A DNA stretch of 64,000 nt, from the NCBI GenBank assembly GCA_963783575.1, contig CAWAOD010000011.1, positions 544,001 to 608,000 on the forward strand, written 5' to 3'. Source of the DNA: an uncultured Spirochaetota bacterium. GTDB lineage: Bacteria; Spirochaetota; Brevinematia; Brevinematales; JAOACQ01. Shown here piece after piece: positions 27,685-39,000 of the stretch; position 1 is the stretch's first letter; each line of letters opens with the position of its first letter. Position numbers and translations under genes: made by a program. A model generated the notes under the pieces. The model did no database searches, was not told the DNA's origin, and worked only from the letters and a program-made list of their open reading frames with translations.

Positions 27685-30600
27685 TTATTCGGTAATATCA
27701 TTCATAAATCCAGTTAAACGTTTTACCTTAATCGTGATATTACTGTCGAAGCTTTTATAGTATAATTTATGTTTTTCATGGGGTTTGACAACAATTTCAT
27801 GCTTATTTTCAGCCTTTATACGCATAACCTTCACGGCATCGACCTTTGAGAACTTTGAAAAATTAATCTCTATGTACTCTCCTTTTTCAATAATTGATTC
27901 GATACCCAGATTTTCAGCCTTTATTTTCAACCTGGAAATCTCAAATAAAGTTCCGACCTCCGCCGGTACTTTTCCGAATCTGTCAACAAGTTCTTCTGAA
28001 AGCATTCTTATTTCTTCTTCATTCCTTACAGAAAGAATTTTCTTATACACTTCCATTTTTGTGCCATTGTCCGGTATTAATTCATCGGGAATATAAGCAT
28101 CATAATTCAAATCTATAAGAGTTTCCACTTTCTCATGGAAATCCCCCTTCAATTTTTCAACCTCTTCACGGAGAAGCCGCATATATACATCATACCCGAC
28201 AGCGATCATATTTCCATGCTGTTCCCTTCCCAGGATGTTACCGGCTCCGCGGATTTCAAGATCCTGTAAGGCTATATTAAAACCGGCACCAAGATCGGTA
28301 TATTCATTAATCACAAAAAGCCTCTTTTGAGCGGTTTCTGTCAAAGCCCTGTTCTGAGGATAGAGAAAATATGCATAGCCCTGCTTTTTAGCCCTTCCAA
28401 CCCTTCCTTTGAGTTGATAAAGCTGTGAAAGGCCGAAACGATGAGCATCGCTAACTATAATAGTATTGGCGTTGGGAATGTCAAGGCCGGAATCGATTAT
28501 TGTCGTACAGACAAATACATTATACTCACCCCTTACAAAACCCATAAATGCCTTATCCAGCTCCTCTTCTTCCATCTGGCCATGTCCGATAGTTACTTTT
28601 GCCTGGGGCAACATTCTTTCAATCAGAAAGGCATATTCTGGAAGCCGTTTGATTGTATTATGCACAAAAAAAACCTGGCCGTTTCTGTTAATTTCCTTTT
28701 CGATTGCATATTTAACAAGATCCATAGAAAAGTCAGAGACATAGGTTTCAACAGGAATTCTCATATCAGGCGGAGTCTGGAGCAGGCTGATATCACGGAT
28801 ATTCGCCATCGCCATATTGAGGGTTCTTGGAATAGGTGTCGCGGATAGCGATAGGAAATCAACAAGGGGATATCTTGATTTTAAAATCTCCTTATGAATT
28901 ACTCCGAATTTATGTTCTTCATCTATAATAACCAGTCCCAGTGCATGAAACCGGATTTTGTCCGAAAATAGTAGATGCGTACCGATAAGAATATCGATCC
29001 GATGATGTTCAACGGCTTTAATTGTTTCCTTCAGTTTTTGACTTTCGGTAAAACGTGAAATATATTCTACTCTTACTGGAAAATTCTTAAACCTTTCGAT
29101 AAATGTATAATAATGCTGTTCCACAAGGACGGTTGTCGGTGCGATTAAAGCCACCTGTTTACCGTCCATCACGGCTTTGAATGCCGAACGCATCGCGACT
29201 TCCGTTTTACCGAATCCCACATCGCCGCATAGAAGCCTGTCCATAGGTTTTGCTGATTCCATGTCTTTCTTGATTTCCTCAATCACTTTGACCTGATCCG
29301 GCGTTTCAATATACTCGAATTTATCCTCAAAATCTTTCTGCCAGAGTGTGTCCTTGCCGAATGTATGTCCCGATAGTGAAAGTCTTTTAGCATAGATTGC
29401 TACAAGCTTTTCGGCGAAGTCTTCAATACTTTTTTTAACCCTATCACGCTTTTTAGCCCAGCTTTTCCCGCCAAGTGAATCGAGAGGAGGTTTTTTTGCG
29501 CTTCCTCCGATATATTTTCCTATCAGGTTTGATTGTTCCAAGGGCACAAAGAGTTTTTCATTTTCGGCATATTCCAAAAGAATATAATCTTTTTCCTTTC
29601 CCAGAACACTAATACGTTCGATTCCTTTAAAGATTCCAATGCCGTAATTCAGATGTACAACCGATTCCCCTTCTTTTATGCTCTCAATATCCTCAAATAT
29701 CGTATCAATCTGGCGTATTCTCTTCCTGAAAAGCCTTTTTTTACCGCTTATATCGCTTTCAGTCAGCACCAGTATTTTTGTATTATCATTTCTCAACTCA
29801 AAGCCATGTTCAAAGTTCAGAATTAAAATAAAAAGATTTCCATCTCCAATATTTTTATCATTTTCTAATATGGACGGACTGAATTTTTTTAGGATATTCA
29901 TAAGTTTTTCCGCCAGGTCTTTGTATTCCACAAGTATGAATATCCTGTAACCCTGCGCGAGATAAACATTTTCAATATCCGTTACAAATCTTGAAAATCC
30001 TTCGCCGAACTCAGGAGGATTCTGGATGTTAACCGGAAATTTACTATCACCTATCATATTTTTAATTATAATTTTTTTCAAGCCTTTGTTTCTTGAGAAA
30101 ACCTCTTCTAAAGGCAGGAGGAGCATACCTTCTTTTTCCGGTGTATATTTTTTAAAACGTTCAATTAAATTAGCCGATTCCGCTTTCAAGCTCTCATGGT
30201 ATATTACAATACCCGGTCCCGGTGAATATTCCAGGATTGTTGAAAAACTGTTATAAAATTTTAAAAAATGAGAATGAATGTGACTTTCTTCAAGAAGATC
30301 TATAAATTCTTCTTTGATTATATCTTTTATTATTGCGAATTCGCTTGCAGGAATAAGCTTGAAAGAATCTATGTTCTGCGTTGAAAGCTGTGTCATCGGA
30401 TTGAACAATTTTATGCTCTCAATCTCATCGCCGAAAAGATTTATACGAATGGCTTCCCTGTAATTTGGAGGGAATATGTCGACAATATCGCCGCGAACTG
30501 AAAAGCTTCCCTGCTGTGTCACTTTAAAATCCCTTATATAGGAAAATTGTACAAGCATTTTTGAGAGAATATTTCTTTCAATCAAACCGCCGGTTTTGAA

Positions 30601-31074
30601 TTCATATATACTTTGACAGAAAAAACTCTCGGGGGGTAATTTTCTCATTAGAGATTCCAAGGTTAATACAACAATTGGATTTTCATCTTTTGAAAGGGTA
30701 TACAGGGTATTAATCCTGTCGGAAAGTTTATCTGCCGAGGGAAAAACATTAGAAAATGGTATAACATCAATATCCGGAAAGAATAAAGCATGCGCGCCAA
30801 TAGATAGAAGGCTTTCGAAAACCTCTTCAGCTTCGATATCATCGCGGGTAATATAATAGCAAGTATTTTTCCCTTTTGCATAAACATTTTGATCAACAAA
30901 CCCGCTATTAGAAACATTTTTATTTGATGAGTCAGAGCCATTCAGTTCTGATAGGATAAAGGGACTCGCACCGATCGGTAAATTTATCTCTACCGAATCG
31001 TTTCGTGTTAATTCCGATATCAGTTCGTTTGTCCTGATATGAGAGTGAATATATTCAATAAAATTTTGTTTCAT
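27685..31074 (-). CDS. mfd: Transcription-repair coupling factor
   Basis: RGDIVDIF, CarD-like VVHLNYGIG, CGDVGFGKTEVAMR, DEEHKFGV, SATPIPRTL, QLKGRVGR, DLEIRGAGNILG, TRCF C-terminal domain. Confidence 0.97.
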   Translation of the reverse strand: MKQNFIEYIHSHIRTNELISELTRNDSVEINLPIGASPFILSELNGSDSSNKNVSNSGFVDQNVYAKGKNTCYYITRDDIEAEEVFESLLSIGAHALFFPDIDVIPFSNVFPSADKLSDRINTLYTLSKDENPIVVLTLESLMRKLPPESFFCQSIYEFKTGGLIERNILSKMLVQFSYIRDFKVTQQGSFSVRGDIVDIFPPNYREAIRINLFGDEIESIKLFNPMTQLSTQNIDSFKLIPASEFAIIKDIIKEEFIDLLEESHIHSHFLKFYNSFSTILEYSPGPGIVIYHESLKAESANLIERFKKYTPEKEGMLLLPLEEVFSRNKGLKKIIIKNMIGDSKFPVNIQNPPEFGEGFSRFVTDIENVYLAQGYRIFILVEYKDLAEKLMNILKKFSPSILENDKNIGDGNLFILILNFEHGFELRNDNTKILVLTESDISGKKRLFRKRIRQIDTIFEDIESIKEGESVVHLNYGIGIFKGIERISVLGKEKDYILLEYAENEKLFVPLEQSNLIGKYIGGSAKKPPLDSLGGKSWAKKRDRVKKSIEDFAEKLVAIYAKRLSLSGHTFGKDTLWQKDFEDKFEYIETPDQVKVIEEIKKDMESAKPMDRLLCGDVGFGKTEVAMRSAFKAVMDGKQVALIAPTTVLVEQHYYTFIERFKNFPVRVEYISRFTESQKLKETIKAVEHHRIDILIGTHLLFSDKIRFHALGLVIIDEEHKFGVIHKEILKSRYPLVDFLSLSATPIPRTLNMAMANIRDISLLQTPPDMRIPVETYVSDFSMDLVKYAIEKEINRNGQVFFVHNTIKRLPEYAFLIERMLPQAKVTIGHGQMEEEELDKAFMGFVRGEYNVFVCTTIIDSGLDIPNANTIIVSDAHRFGLSQLYQLKGRVGRAKKQGYAYFLYPQNRALTETAQKRLFVINEYTDLGAGFNIALQDLEIRGAGNILGREQHGNMIAVGYDVYMRLLREEVEKLKGDFHEKVETLIDLNYDAYIPDELIPDNGTKMEVYKKILSVRNEEEIRMLSEELVDRFGKVPAEVGTLFEISRLKIKAENLGIESIIEKGEYIEINFSKFSKVDAVKVMRIKAENKHEIVVKPHEKHKLYYKSFDSNITIKVKRLTGFMNDITE

Positions 31075-31173
31075 TAAAAACCTTTAGTATAATTTTAAAT
31101 GGATTTGTTGGAATTTTCAAGAAGATATTTGTTTATGGTAAGTCATCTTAAAATATTATTATTAAATTTAATT

Positions 31174-31398
31174 TTAGATCAATTCTTCAATTTCACTTTT
31201 TTTTGAGTTCAGGATTTCAAGGACTTCAAGGAATTGATCCTTATTCAAAGCAATGCCCTTTTTTGTCGGCTTAAGTTGATCCTGGTCATCCTTAAAGAAT
31301 TTTCGGATATCGAGGAATTTTTTACCGTTAAATTCCGAAATTGTGATCAATTTTGATCCGTTTTTAATTTCACCAATGATCCTGGTATTTGAATCCAT
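31174..31398 (-). CDS. PC4/YdbC-family single-stranded DNA-binding protein
   Basis: ISEFNGKKFLDIRKFF...KPTKKGIAL; GAGG RBS. Confidence 0.85.
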   Translation of the reverse strand: MDSNTRIIGEIKNGSKLITISEFNGKKFLDIRKFFKDDQDQLKPTKKGIALNKDQFLEVLEILNSKKSEIEELI

Positions 31399-31424
31399 TG
31401 AATTACCTCAAAAATATTTTGATA

Positions 31425-33506
31425 TTATTGTTGCGATTTAAATTGATTGTTAAGCCATTTTTGTTTTGAATCGGATTCCGAAATTGCCTCGTTCATTTTA
31501 CCGTATTTCATCCTTTGCTGTAGTTCATAATCGCTTAAAGATTTGTTCATCTTATCGATTTCAGTTTGATTTTCCTTTATTTTATTATCATTAAATGAAA
31601 TTCTTCTTTCTATAAAATTTCCAACTCCTAATGCAATTTTCAAACTCTGGTTAGCTGCTACAGCAGCCCCGGAATTCTTAGTCATATCGCCTATCAGATC
31701 ATTTGCGAATAATTGTTCTACACCGTCAAATTTGGTCTTCAGCACTGATTTTAGTCTATCTCCATCGATATTAAGCAGCCCGGTTTTTGTTGAGGCCCAT
31801 TCCTCTGAGGTGCTGCTGAAGCTGCCCGCTTTTTTTGTATATACTCCTATCTGTTCCAGTACAGATAATTCATTTCCGTAAGATGTCTTATAGTAATCGA
31901 TTGCGACATTTCTCAGCCTGTTTTTAAGAAGAATAAAGCTGGTTTCAGTTTGATAAATACCATCCTTTAAATTCTGCTGGTTTCTTTCGCTTAATGGAGT
32001 TCTGTCCTGGTTTGGTTTGGTCAATGTAGCTAAATAGGACATTGTTTGATTGTAACTGTCAACCCATGCCTGAATATCATCAGTTATTTTCTGGTAATTA
32101 TGATCTATATTTAATGTGACCGGATCTTTCGATTCCTTTTTTAGGTTTAAAGAAACTCCGTCAATAAGATCATCGATCTTGTTGTTATCACGTTGTATTT
32201 CAACACCATCCATATTGACATTTGCATCGCATGCCTCTGAAATCGGATTTTTTGGTTTAATCCCGCCTTCTTCAATTTTTGTTAAAAATTCTGTGTCTTG
32301 AAGCTCTATTTCCCTGTCGGTGTTTTGATTTCTTAGAAGAACCTTATCAATCGTTTTATCTTTGTTTGAAGAAAGAGAATTTGTAAATTTACCATCCGAA
32401 TCTATGTTGATATTGTTACTTGTACCGTCTTTAAAAATCAAAGTAATTATTTCCGTAAAATTCGATACTGCAACCTGGGGCTTCTTTTTCTCTTCAAAAT
32501 TAGCTATTAGGCTGCCGCCATCAACGGAAACATTGCTGACCTTTACCGGTTCCATTGTTGAAATATCAATAGGAGGTAAATTTGCCCCTTCAGTGTTTGA
32601 TAATAAAGATGTCAATTTATTAATATGAGTATCATAAATAAAATAAGAATTTTCTGTCATCTTGATGTTTTTGTCGCTTAAACCTATTTCTCCCGAAGCG
32701 CCCGGTTTAATAACCGCATTATTTGTATTGCCGGCTGTAATATTTGAATTGTCTGAACCCCGCATTAAATCGACCGGAAATTCTTCCGATTTTTCAACTC
32801 CGGTTGTCAGTGAGCCGATATCGTAAAAAGTTTTTAAATCACCGCCGAAATTTATTTTGTTTTTTTTACCGGTGTTTTTTCCGCTGATTACAAGGATTGA
32901 AGTATCGGAAGTATCGTTAATGATTTTTGTGTCAATATTCGTTCCGGCCTGGTCCTGTATTATTTTTATGAATTGTGCCGGTGTACCGCCCTGGAATTTT
33001 ATCTTCGAAGTTTCTCCTCCGGTAGTTAATGTGAATTCTGAAGGGGATAAATATTTATTTTTTGGAATAGATGAACTCATAAATGAATCCGGTTTTGCAA
33101 GTTGATTCACGGTTAATTTATAAATTTGTTTTTTCGATTTTCTGCCTGCCGTAGCTTCCATAACAGATGCATCGGAAGATTCCCCGGTCATTTCCCTGAA
33201 AGGAGACTGGAAATCATACAAATTTCTTGATTTTGTATCCAGATCCCTTAAATATTTGGATAGATCCTTTATAATATCATTTTCAATTTTATAATCCTGG
33301 CTTTCCATTTCAAGCTTATTAATAGGGATTTTTTTTACCATCAATAATTTCTGGATGATATCTTCGGTATTCATTTTATCGGAAACTCCCGGAATTGGTA
33401 TAAAAACTTTGCCGGTACTATCCTTTTTATCGCTTGTATTATCAGCGGCGGAAAGCGGTATGACAATAAAAAAAATAATGCTTGAAAATATTATTATTCT
33501 CTTCAT
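31425..33506 (-). CDS. fliD: Flagellar filament cap protein FliD (HAP2), spirochaete type, with a signal-peptide-like N-terminus
   Basis: IPGVSDKMNTEDIIQKLL, VNQLAKPDSF, DGVEIQRDNNKIDDLIDGVSLNL, C-terminal coiled coil ..KYGKMNEAI; GAGGT RBS. Confidence 0.9.
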   Translation of the reverse strand: MKRIIIFSSIIFFIVIPLSAADNTSDKKDSTGKVFIPIPGVSDKMNTEDIIQKLLMVKKIPINKLEMESQDYKIENDIIKDLSKYLRDLDTKSRNLYDFQSPFREMTGESSDASVMEATAGRKSKKQIYKLTVNQLAKPDSFMSSSIPKNKYLSPSEFTLTTGGETSKIKFQGGTPAQFIKIIQDQAGTNIDTKIINDTSDTSILVISGKNTGKKNKINFGGDLKTFYDIGSLTTGVEKSEEFPVDLMRGSDNSNITAGNTNNAVIKPGASGEIGLSDKNIKMTENSYFIYDTHINKLTSLLSNTEGANLPPIDISTMEPVKVSNVSVDGGSLIANFEEKKKPQVAVSNFTEIITLIFKDGTSNNINIDSDGKFTNSLSSNKDKTIDKVLLRNQNTDREIELQDTEFLTKIEEGGIKPKNPISEACDANVNMDGVEIQRDNNKIDDLIDGVSLNLKKESKDPVTLNIDHNYQKITDDIQAWVDSYNQTMSYLATLTKPNQDRTPLSERNQQNLKDGIYQTETSFILLKNRLRNVAIDYYKTSYGNELSVLEQIGVYTKKAGSFSSTSEEWASTKTGLLNIDGDRLKSVLKTKFDGVEQLFANDLIGDMTKNSGAAVAANQSLKIALGVGNFIERRISFNDNKIKENQTEIDKMNKSLSDYELQQRMKYGKMNEAISESDSKQKWLNNQFKSQQ

Positions 33507-33564
33507 TTTAACCTCGCTTCTTTGAAAACTAACTTGCTATTGACCTTAATTATATTGATATAAT

Positions 33565-33593
33565 AAAATACCAAAAATAAATAAAAACTTCAA
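33565..33593 (-). promoter_or_regulatory. Possible sigma70-type promoter of fliD
   Basis: Minus strand TTGAAG, 17 bp, TG-extended TATTTT; AT-rich context lowers significance. Confidence 0.3.
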
Positions 33594-33875
33594 GTTATAA
33601 TATATTTATTAATCATTTAAAATTATTTTTTATTTTTATTATTGATTTGTTGAAAAAATAATAAATTAGAAAAATACCTGGAATTCAGTATATTTATTTT
33701 TCGGAATTATTGCTAATATTATAAGATTAAATATATATATAAAAAATTTGAAAATTTATCTTATGAGTTATATAGTATTTGAATGTCAATGGATGGAAAT
33801 ACCCGGTTTAAATTTATAATAACCCGAAAAATATTGAATTTTAATTATAATGAAATTATTATTTGAAGGAAATAT

Positions 33876-34400
33876 ATGCGTTTTCTAATTTTATTTATTA
33901 TATTAATTTTTACATTAACAATATTTCAGTCATGTGCTGAGGAAGAAAATAAGGAAATAGCTGCCGAAAAATTAACCAGGATTAAATCCGGCGATAAATA
34001 CGGTTATATTGGAGTTATTAATGGGAAAAAGATATTTATCGAGCCGCAGTATGATTTTGCCTGGGATTTCTCAGAAGGTCTTGCCGTGATTGAAATTGCC
34101 GGGAAACAAGGATTCATAGATATAAATGGGGAAACTGTAATTCAGCCGATATTTGATAAAGCTTACAGTTTCTCAGAGGGTTTTGCAAAAATAAAAATGG
34201 GCGGAAAATACGGATATATCGATAAAAATGGTAAGATTGTCATCGGGGTTCAATTTGATGATGCCGGTGATTTTAATAGAGGGATAGCCAGAGTACTAAT
34301 GGGCAAAGAAAAATATTTTATTGATAAAGCAGGCAATAAAGTAACCAATAATGATATTAATAAATTTCAATATCATCCGTTGAATTATAATGAATTATAA
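33876..34400 (+). CDS. WG/KWG-repeat putative lipoprotein
   Basis: Signal with IFQS-C lipobox-like site; repeats FSEGLA..GKQGFIDING, FSEGFA..GKYGYIDKNG, FNRGIA. Confidence 0.85.
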   Translation: MRFLILFIILIFTLTIFQSCAEEENKEIAAEKLTRIKSGDKYGYIGVINGKKIFIEPQYDFAWDFSEGLAVIEIAGKQGFIDINGETVIQPIFDKAYSFSEGFAKIKMGGKYGYIDKNGKIVIGVQFDDAGDFNRGIARVLMGKEKYFIDKAGNKVTNNDINKFQYHPLNYNEL

Positions 34401-34444
34401 TAAACCATATATCTGCTTTAATATGAATATTCGCGTGGATTAAG

Positions 34445-35200
34445 ATGAAACCAATAAAAAAATCGGCATTAAAGTTAATTGTTTATTTACCTGTTCATAT
34501 ATCCTTCCTGATTTTTTTGTTTTCTGTTATTTTATCTTTCATTGAATCCCGATCAATTGATATCAATTTAAAGGAGGGTGATAAAATCCCGTTAATGGAA
34601 ATCGAACACCGGCTGGGATTAAATTCAGGTAGTAATGTATATTTTAACGGCTCTGTCATTGAACTTGATGAATTTGAAGCGGTCAACCCCAAAAATTTAC
34701 AGCCCACATACATTTCAAGAGGAAAATTAATCCGGGGGATCATAACAAATATGATTCTAATTTCTGTCAATAATCCGATAAAATTAGGCGCTATTGCATT
34801 ATACCAGAAGGGGTGGAGCCTTGGGTTCCGTGATTTACGTTTTCGTTTCGAGGGTAAAGATTTCGGTCCTGATGATATAACAAACCGTTTTATCACTAAA
34901 AGCGGATTGTTTTTCCGGTTTTATCCCGCAGACGTTGCCGGAAGACAATTACGCTATTACTGGGAAATATCTTCGGAATCCGCCATACAGGGAAAAGGAT
35001 ATTTTATTAATAGCACAATACCGGATATTTTAAAAGATAATGGTTTTTCTATTTTAAAAGAGGACTTTTATTTTATAAGCACACTTCAGGCAAATTATAA
35101 GCCGTATAATGGTATTTTAGCTTTTTGCGCAGTTTTATTTATAATTACGCTTGGATATTCTCTTATTTTGTCAGGCTTCGAAAAAAATCATGGTAAATAA
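34445..35200 (+). CDS. Putative cytochrome c biogenesis ResB/CcsB-like protein
   Basis: TM helix with His (PVHISF), Y.S....ISVNNP....IALYQ.GW pattern of ResB, C-terminal TM; directly upstream of ccsA. Confidence 0.6.
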   Translation: MKPIKKSALKLIVYLPVHISFLIFLFSVILSFIESRSIDINLKEGDKIPLMEIEHRLGLNSGSNVYFNGSVIELDEFEAVNPKNLQPTYISRGKLIRGIITNMILISVNNPIKLGAIALYQKGWSLGFRDLRFRFEGKDFGPDDITNRFITKSGLFFRFYPADVAGRQLRYYWEISSESAIQGKGYFINSTIPDILKDNGFSILKEDFYFISTLQANYKPYNGILAFCAVLFIITLGYSLILSGFEKNHGK

Positions 35201-35203
35201 ATT

Positions 35204-35950
35204 ATGGAATTTAATATTGAATTATTAATATTGACAGCCTTAATTTTCTGGCTTATATATTTTGTCTTGGCTTTCCTTTTTCCTACAAAAAAATATTCTT
35301 TTTTCCCAATAATTGCCTTATGTTTTCAACTGGTCTGGGTTGTATTCAGGGCTTATTCCTCAGGACATGCACCATTCTCGGGAATATATGAAACTATTAT
35401 ATTTTTCAGTCTTTTGTATTCTATTAAAATAATTTTTTTGACCGGTTTTGAAGGTAGAATTCGTTTGTTATTGCTGGTTCCGGTTCCGGTATTAATAATA
35501 ACCGCGATATTATTGCCTATAAACTTAAAAACATCCGGTATGGTAATGCCGGCTCTTAAATCGGCTTGGATTTTTATCCATGTTCCTCTGATATTTATTG
35601 GGTATGTTTCGTTAACTGTAGGGTTTATCCAATCCTGGATACTTTTTTTTACCGGAAATAACATTGACCGGGCTGATAATGAAATTAAACTGGCTCTTTT
35701 TTTTATCGTTGCTGGAATAATTACCGGTGGATTCTGGGCGGAGGCCGCATGGGGATCTTTCTGGACATGGGATCCAAAAGAAACTTGGGCATTAATAGCT
35801 TGGCTTTTTTTGGTATTAGTTATTCATTTTAGAAATATGCGTAATGCATTAGTAATAAGGCTTATCATTATAACGCTCGCTTTTCTATCAATGCTTTTTA
35901 CATACTTCGGAGTGACATTTTTATTGCCGGGTTTGCATTCTTATTTATAG
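35204..35950 (+). CDS. ccsA: Cytochrome c biogenesis protein CcsA/ResC (system II)
   Basis: GHAPF, PALKSAWIFIHV, WWD motif WAEAAWGSFWTWDPKETW, C-terminal GLHSY. Confidence 0.95.
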   Translation: MEFNIELLILTALIFWLIYFVLAFLFPTKKYSFFPIIALCFQLVWVVFRAYSSGHAPFSGIYETIIFFSLLYSIKIIFLTGFEGRIRLLLLVPVPVLIITAILLPINLKTSGMVMPALKSAWIFIHVPLIFIGYVSLTVGFIQSWILFFTGNNIDRADNEIKLALFFIVAGIITGGFWAEAAWGSFWTWDPKETWALIAWLFLVLVIHFRNMRNALVIRLIIITLAFLSMLFTYFGVTFLLPGLHSYL

Positions 35951-36000
35951 GGAGACTTTATCCTAAATTGAGCGATTTTTTATATCAAATATAGTTTTTT

Positions 36001-36094
36001 TTTATAAAGAAACTTTATTTATAAAGAAACTTTATTTATAAAGAAACTTTATTTATAAAGAAACTTTATTTATAAAGAAACTTTATTTATAAAG
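36001..36094 (+). repeat. 17-bp VNTR TTTATAAAGAAACTTTA x5 plus a partial copy
   Basis: Five identical head-to-tail units at 36001, 36018, 36035, 36052 and 36069, plus a partial copy from 36086 overlapping the flcA-like stop codon. Confidence 0.95.
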
Positions 36095-39000
36095 TAGAGA
36101 TCATATTGTCCTTGAACTCATCGATTAGTTTTGTCAATGTTGTTCTCTTAGTAAGTTCATCGTCAAAGGCGGGATTATCATTTCTAATATTTTTGTTTAA
36201 CAGGTATTTAATATTATATTCCGAGAAATTATAAATGACATTTATTTTATTGGCGTATTCTTTGGATTGGTAAAAATCCAGCAATGCGCGTTGTTCGTAT
36301 TCCGGATTCCTGGTCTGTTTAGCAAAGAGGGAATATACAACTCCTCTATTGTTAAAACTGCGAGCAAGCTGAGTATAAATTTCTTTATGTCTCTGAAGAC
36401 CGGGATTGATATACTGTACCTTGCCTGCAATTACTCTGTAGTACTCAATCGCTTTATCATACTGTACCTTGGCAAGGTTTAATTTGTTCAAATAATAATA
36501 AGTATTCCCGAGAACATAGGATAATACAGGATCATAAGGTTCATCAACATAGAGTTTTGCAAACTCATTGAAAGCATTTTCATAATCCTTATATTTATAA
36601 TAAAGCCAGCCAAGATTATAAGATAAAAGATAATCCTTTTTATCTTTATCGATAAGCGACATTGCCATTTTATAATTATAAAATGCGTCGGAATAAGCTT
36701 TCTCCGGATCATTAAAATTCAGGCTGTTATAATAGTATATATGACCCAGATTGGCATAAGGCTTATAATAATTCGGGTCGTATTTTATAGCATTTTCAAA
36801 TTGTTCTTTTGCCAGTATTATATTGTTTTGGATCACTTCCGTGACAAAATATATTTCTCCCAATAAATTATAAGATTTTGCGCTTTTACCGTTTAAAATA
36901 ATTGCATTGGAAATTGCTTTGATTGCCCTGAAAAAATCATAATTTATGGTCAGATACCTGGCATATTCATAATAAGCTTCATCATATTGGGGATTGGGGG
37001 GAATTAGTTTATTAAATACCAATTTTGCCCTATCAAGTCTTCTTCTGTCGGTATAAAATTTGGCGAGTTCAGTCATGGTTTTTACATTTACGGCTTTATT
37101 ATTAATATGGTCTATGGTATCATAAAGTATGTCGATTCTGTCCTCTTTTTTCAAACGGAGGGCAATATCAAGAAGCCTAAAATAGCTTGCCGTGTGTTTG
37201 GGATAATAAGTCAGATATCCCTCATAAAGTTTGTTTGCTTCGGCATAACGGGCAATCTGGTCATTTGGATCGGTTGTCCTGTCAGCCCAATCAATATATG
37301 TCATAGCGACTTTATCTATATAATCAAAATTCTTAGGTGATTTTTTCAGCAGGCGACCGTAAAGTTTTATGGCTTCGTCAAATCTTGGAGGGTAGATTAT
37401 TTTGTAGTAATCTGCAAAGTTATAAATAGTTTCTTGATCCATTGGATTATAATCAAGTGCATCGATAAATTTCTTTTTTGCCATATCAAATTGTTTTTTT
37501 TCAATATATGAATTTGCAAAGATATTGAACCATTTCAAATTAGGTCCAGCGGTCCTTTTTGCAATTTCAAATTTTGATTCACTTGATATGAAATCGTTTC
37601 TTTTCAAAGCTGCCAGACCTTGACTATAATATCGGTTTGCAATTGCCGGTGTCCAGATAATTTGCCAGAAAATGAATCCCAGTAAAATAATAATTATAAA
37701 AAAAACAAAAGAATATTTAGTAACATTCTGGAATTCTTTTGTAAATTCTTTACCTTTATGAATTTCTTCGGTGTATATAATTTTTCTTCCGGGAATACCG
37801 GCTCCTTTAAATTCTTCAGTTGTTTTTTTCTTTTTTGTCTCAATTTCTTTTTCTTTTTCTTTTTTTACCATCTGTTCTATTTCAATAACTTTTGTATCCG
37901 GAATTAATGGATCAATAAAGGCTTGAATCTCATCATCTTCCGCATTTAAAATAAGAAAAGCAATTAATTGCTGAAGAATATGATCCGGAAGCTTTGCCTC
38001 CAAAATAGCCTGACGAATTTTTTTTCTTAATAGTGGATTTACAATTTTATTGATCCTGCTTCTGACTTTGGCTGCTTTTTCCTGGTCCAATTCAATACCG
38101 CCTGACTCAGCGGCAAATTTAATGGGAGTTTTTTCCTTTGGAGATTCTAAAAAAGATGGTTTTTCAATTGGTTTTTGCTGTTGAAAGGATTCCATTTGTT
38201 TTGAAATATCGGCAAATTCATGGATCTCAGCCGGTGGAAATTCTTCCGGTGCTTCAACATTCTCTGATAATGGCTGTTTCATGCCTTCTTTTGTTTCAAT
38301 AGGAGCTTCAAATTCTGGAAGATTTGACCCCGCGGCTTCAAATTTCGGCATTTCGAATTCAGGCAATTCCATCTCCGTTGATCCCAAATCTGGCATCTCC
38401 GTTTCAGAAGAGGGTTTTTCAACAGGTTTTTCCATTTCAGGAATTTCTAAATTAGGAAATTCAGCAGTCTCTTCAATGGCGGTTTCTGGTAAACCTATCT
38501 CAGGAAAAGCTTCTTCTTGTGGGTTTTCCACATTATCAGGAAAAGCTGTTTCTAATACTGTCCCGGCTTCTTCGGGAGTTTCTTCTTTAACTGAAAGATC
38601 CTGAAAAAAATCCGTTAATTCCGGTTCCTGCATCTCCGCTGAAGACGGAACAAATTCCGGCATTTCTTCACCAGGGAATTCCTTCTTTTCCGGTTCCTGT
38701 TCCTTTAATTCTTCTTCGGGTAGAGGAGTTTCTTCGCCGGATGGCATCTGCATAAACTGAGGCTCTAATATATTTTCCGGGGTTGATTCACCACCGGCTT
38801 CTTCTTCAATGACAGGTGTTTCTGCTGTCTCCTGCTCTAAAAAACTGAGTTCCTCAGCCGGAGTCAGGGGTTTATCATAATTTGTAACCTGAATTCTTGA
38901 TTTCAATTCTTCCACATTTGAAGGCGCTGTGTCAAGATTTTCAATTTCTTTTAAAACATCGGGATCGATTTCCGATACATCAGTTTCATCAGGAGCTGGC

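Noticed and set aside
36001..36094. CRISPR array
   Set aside because: Units are contiguous 17-mers with no spacers, and no cas genes are in the window
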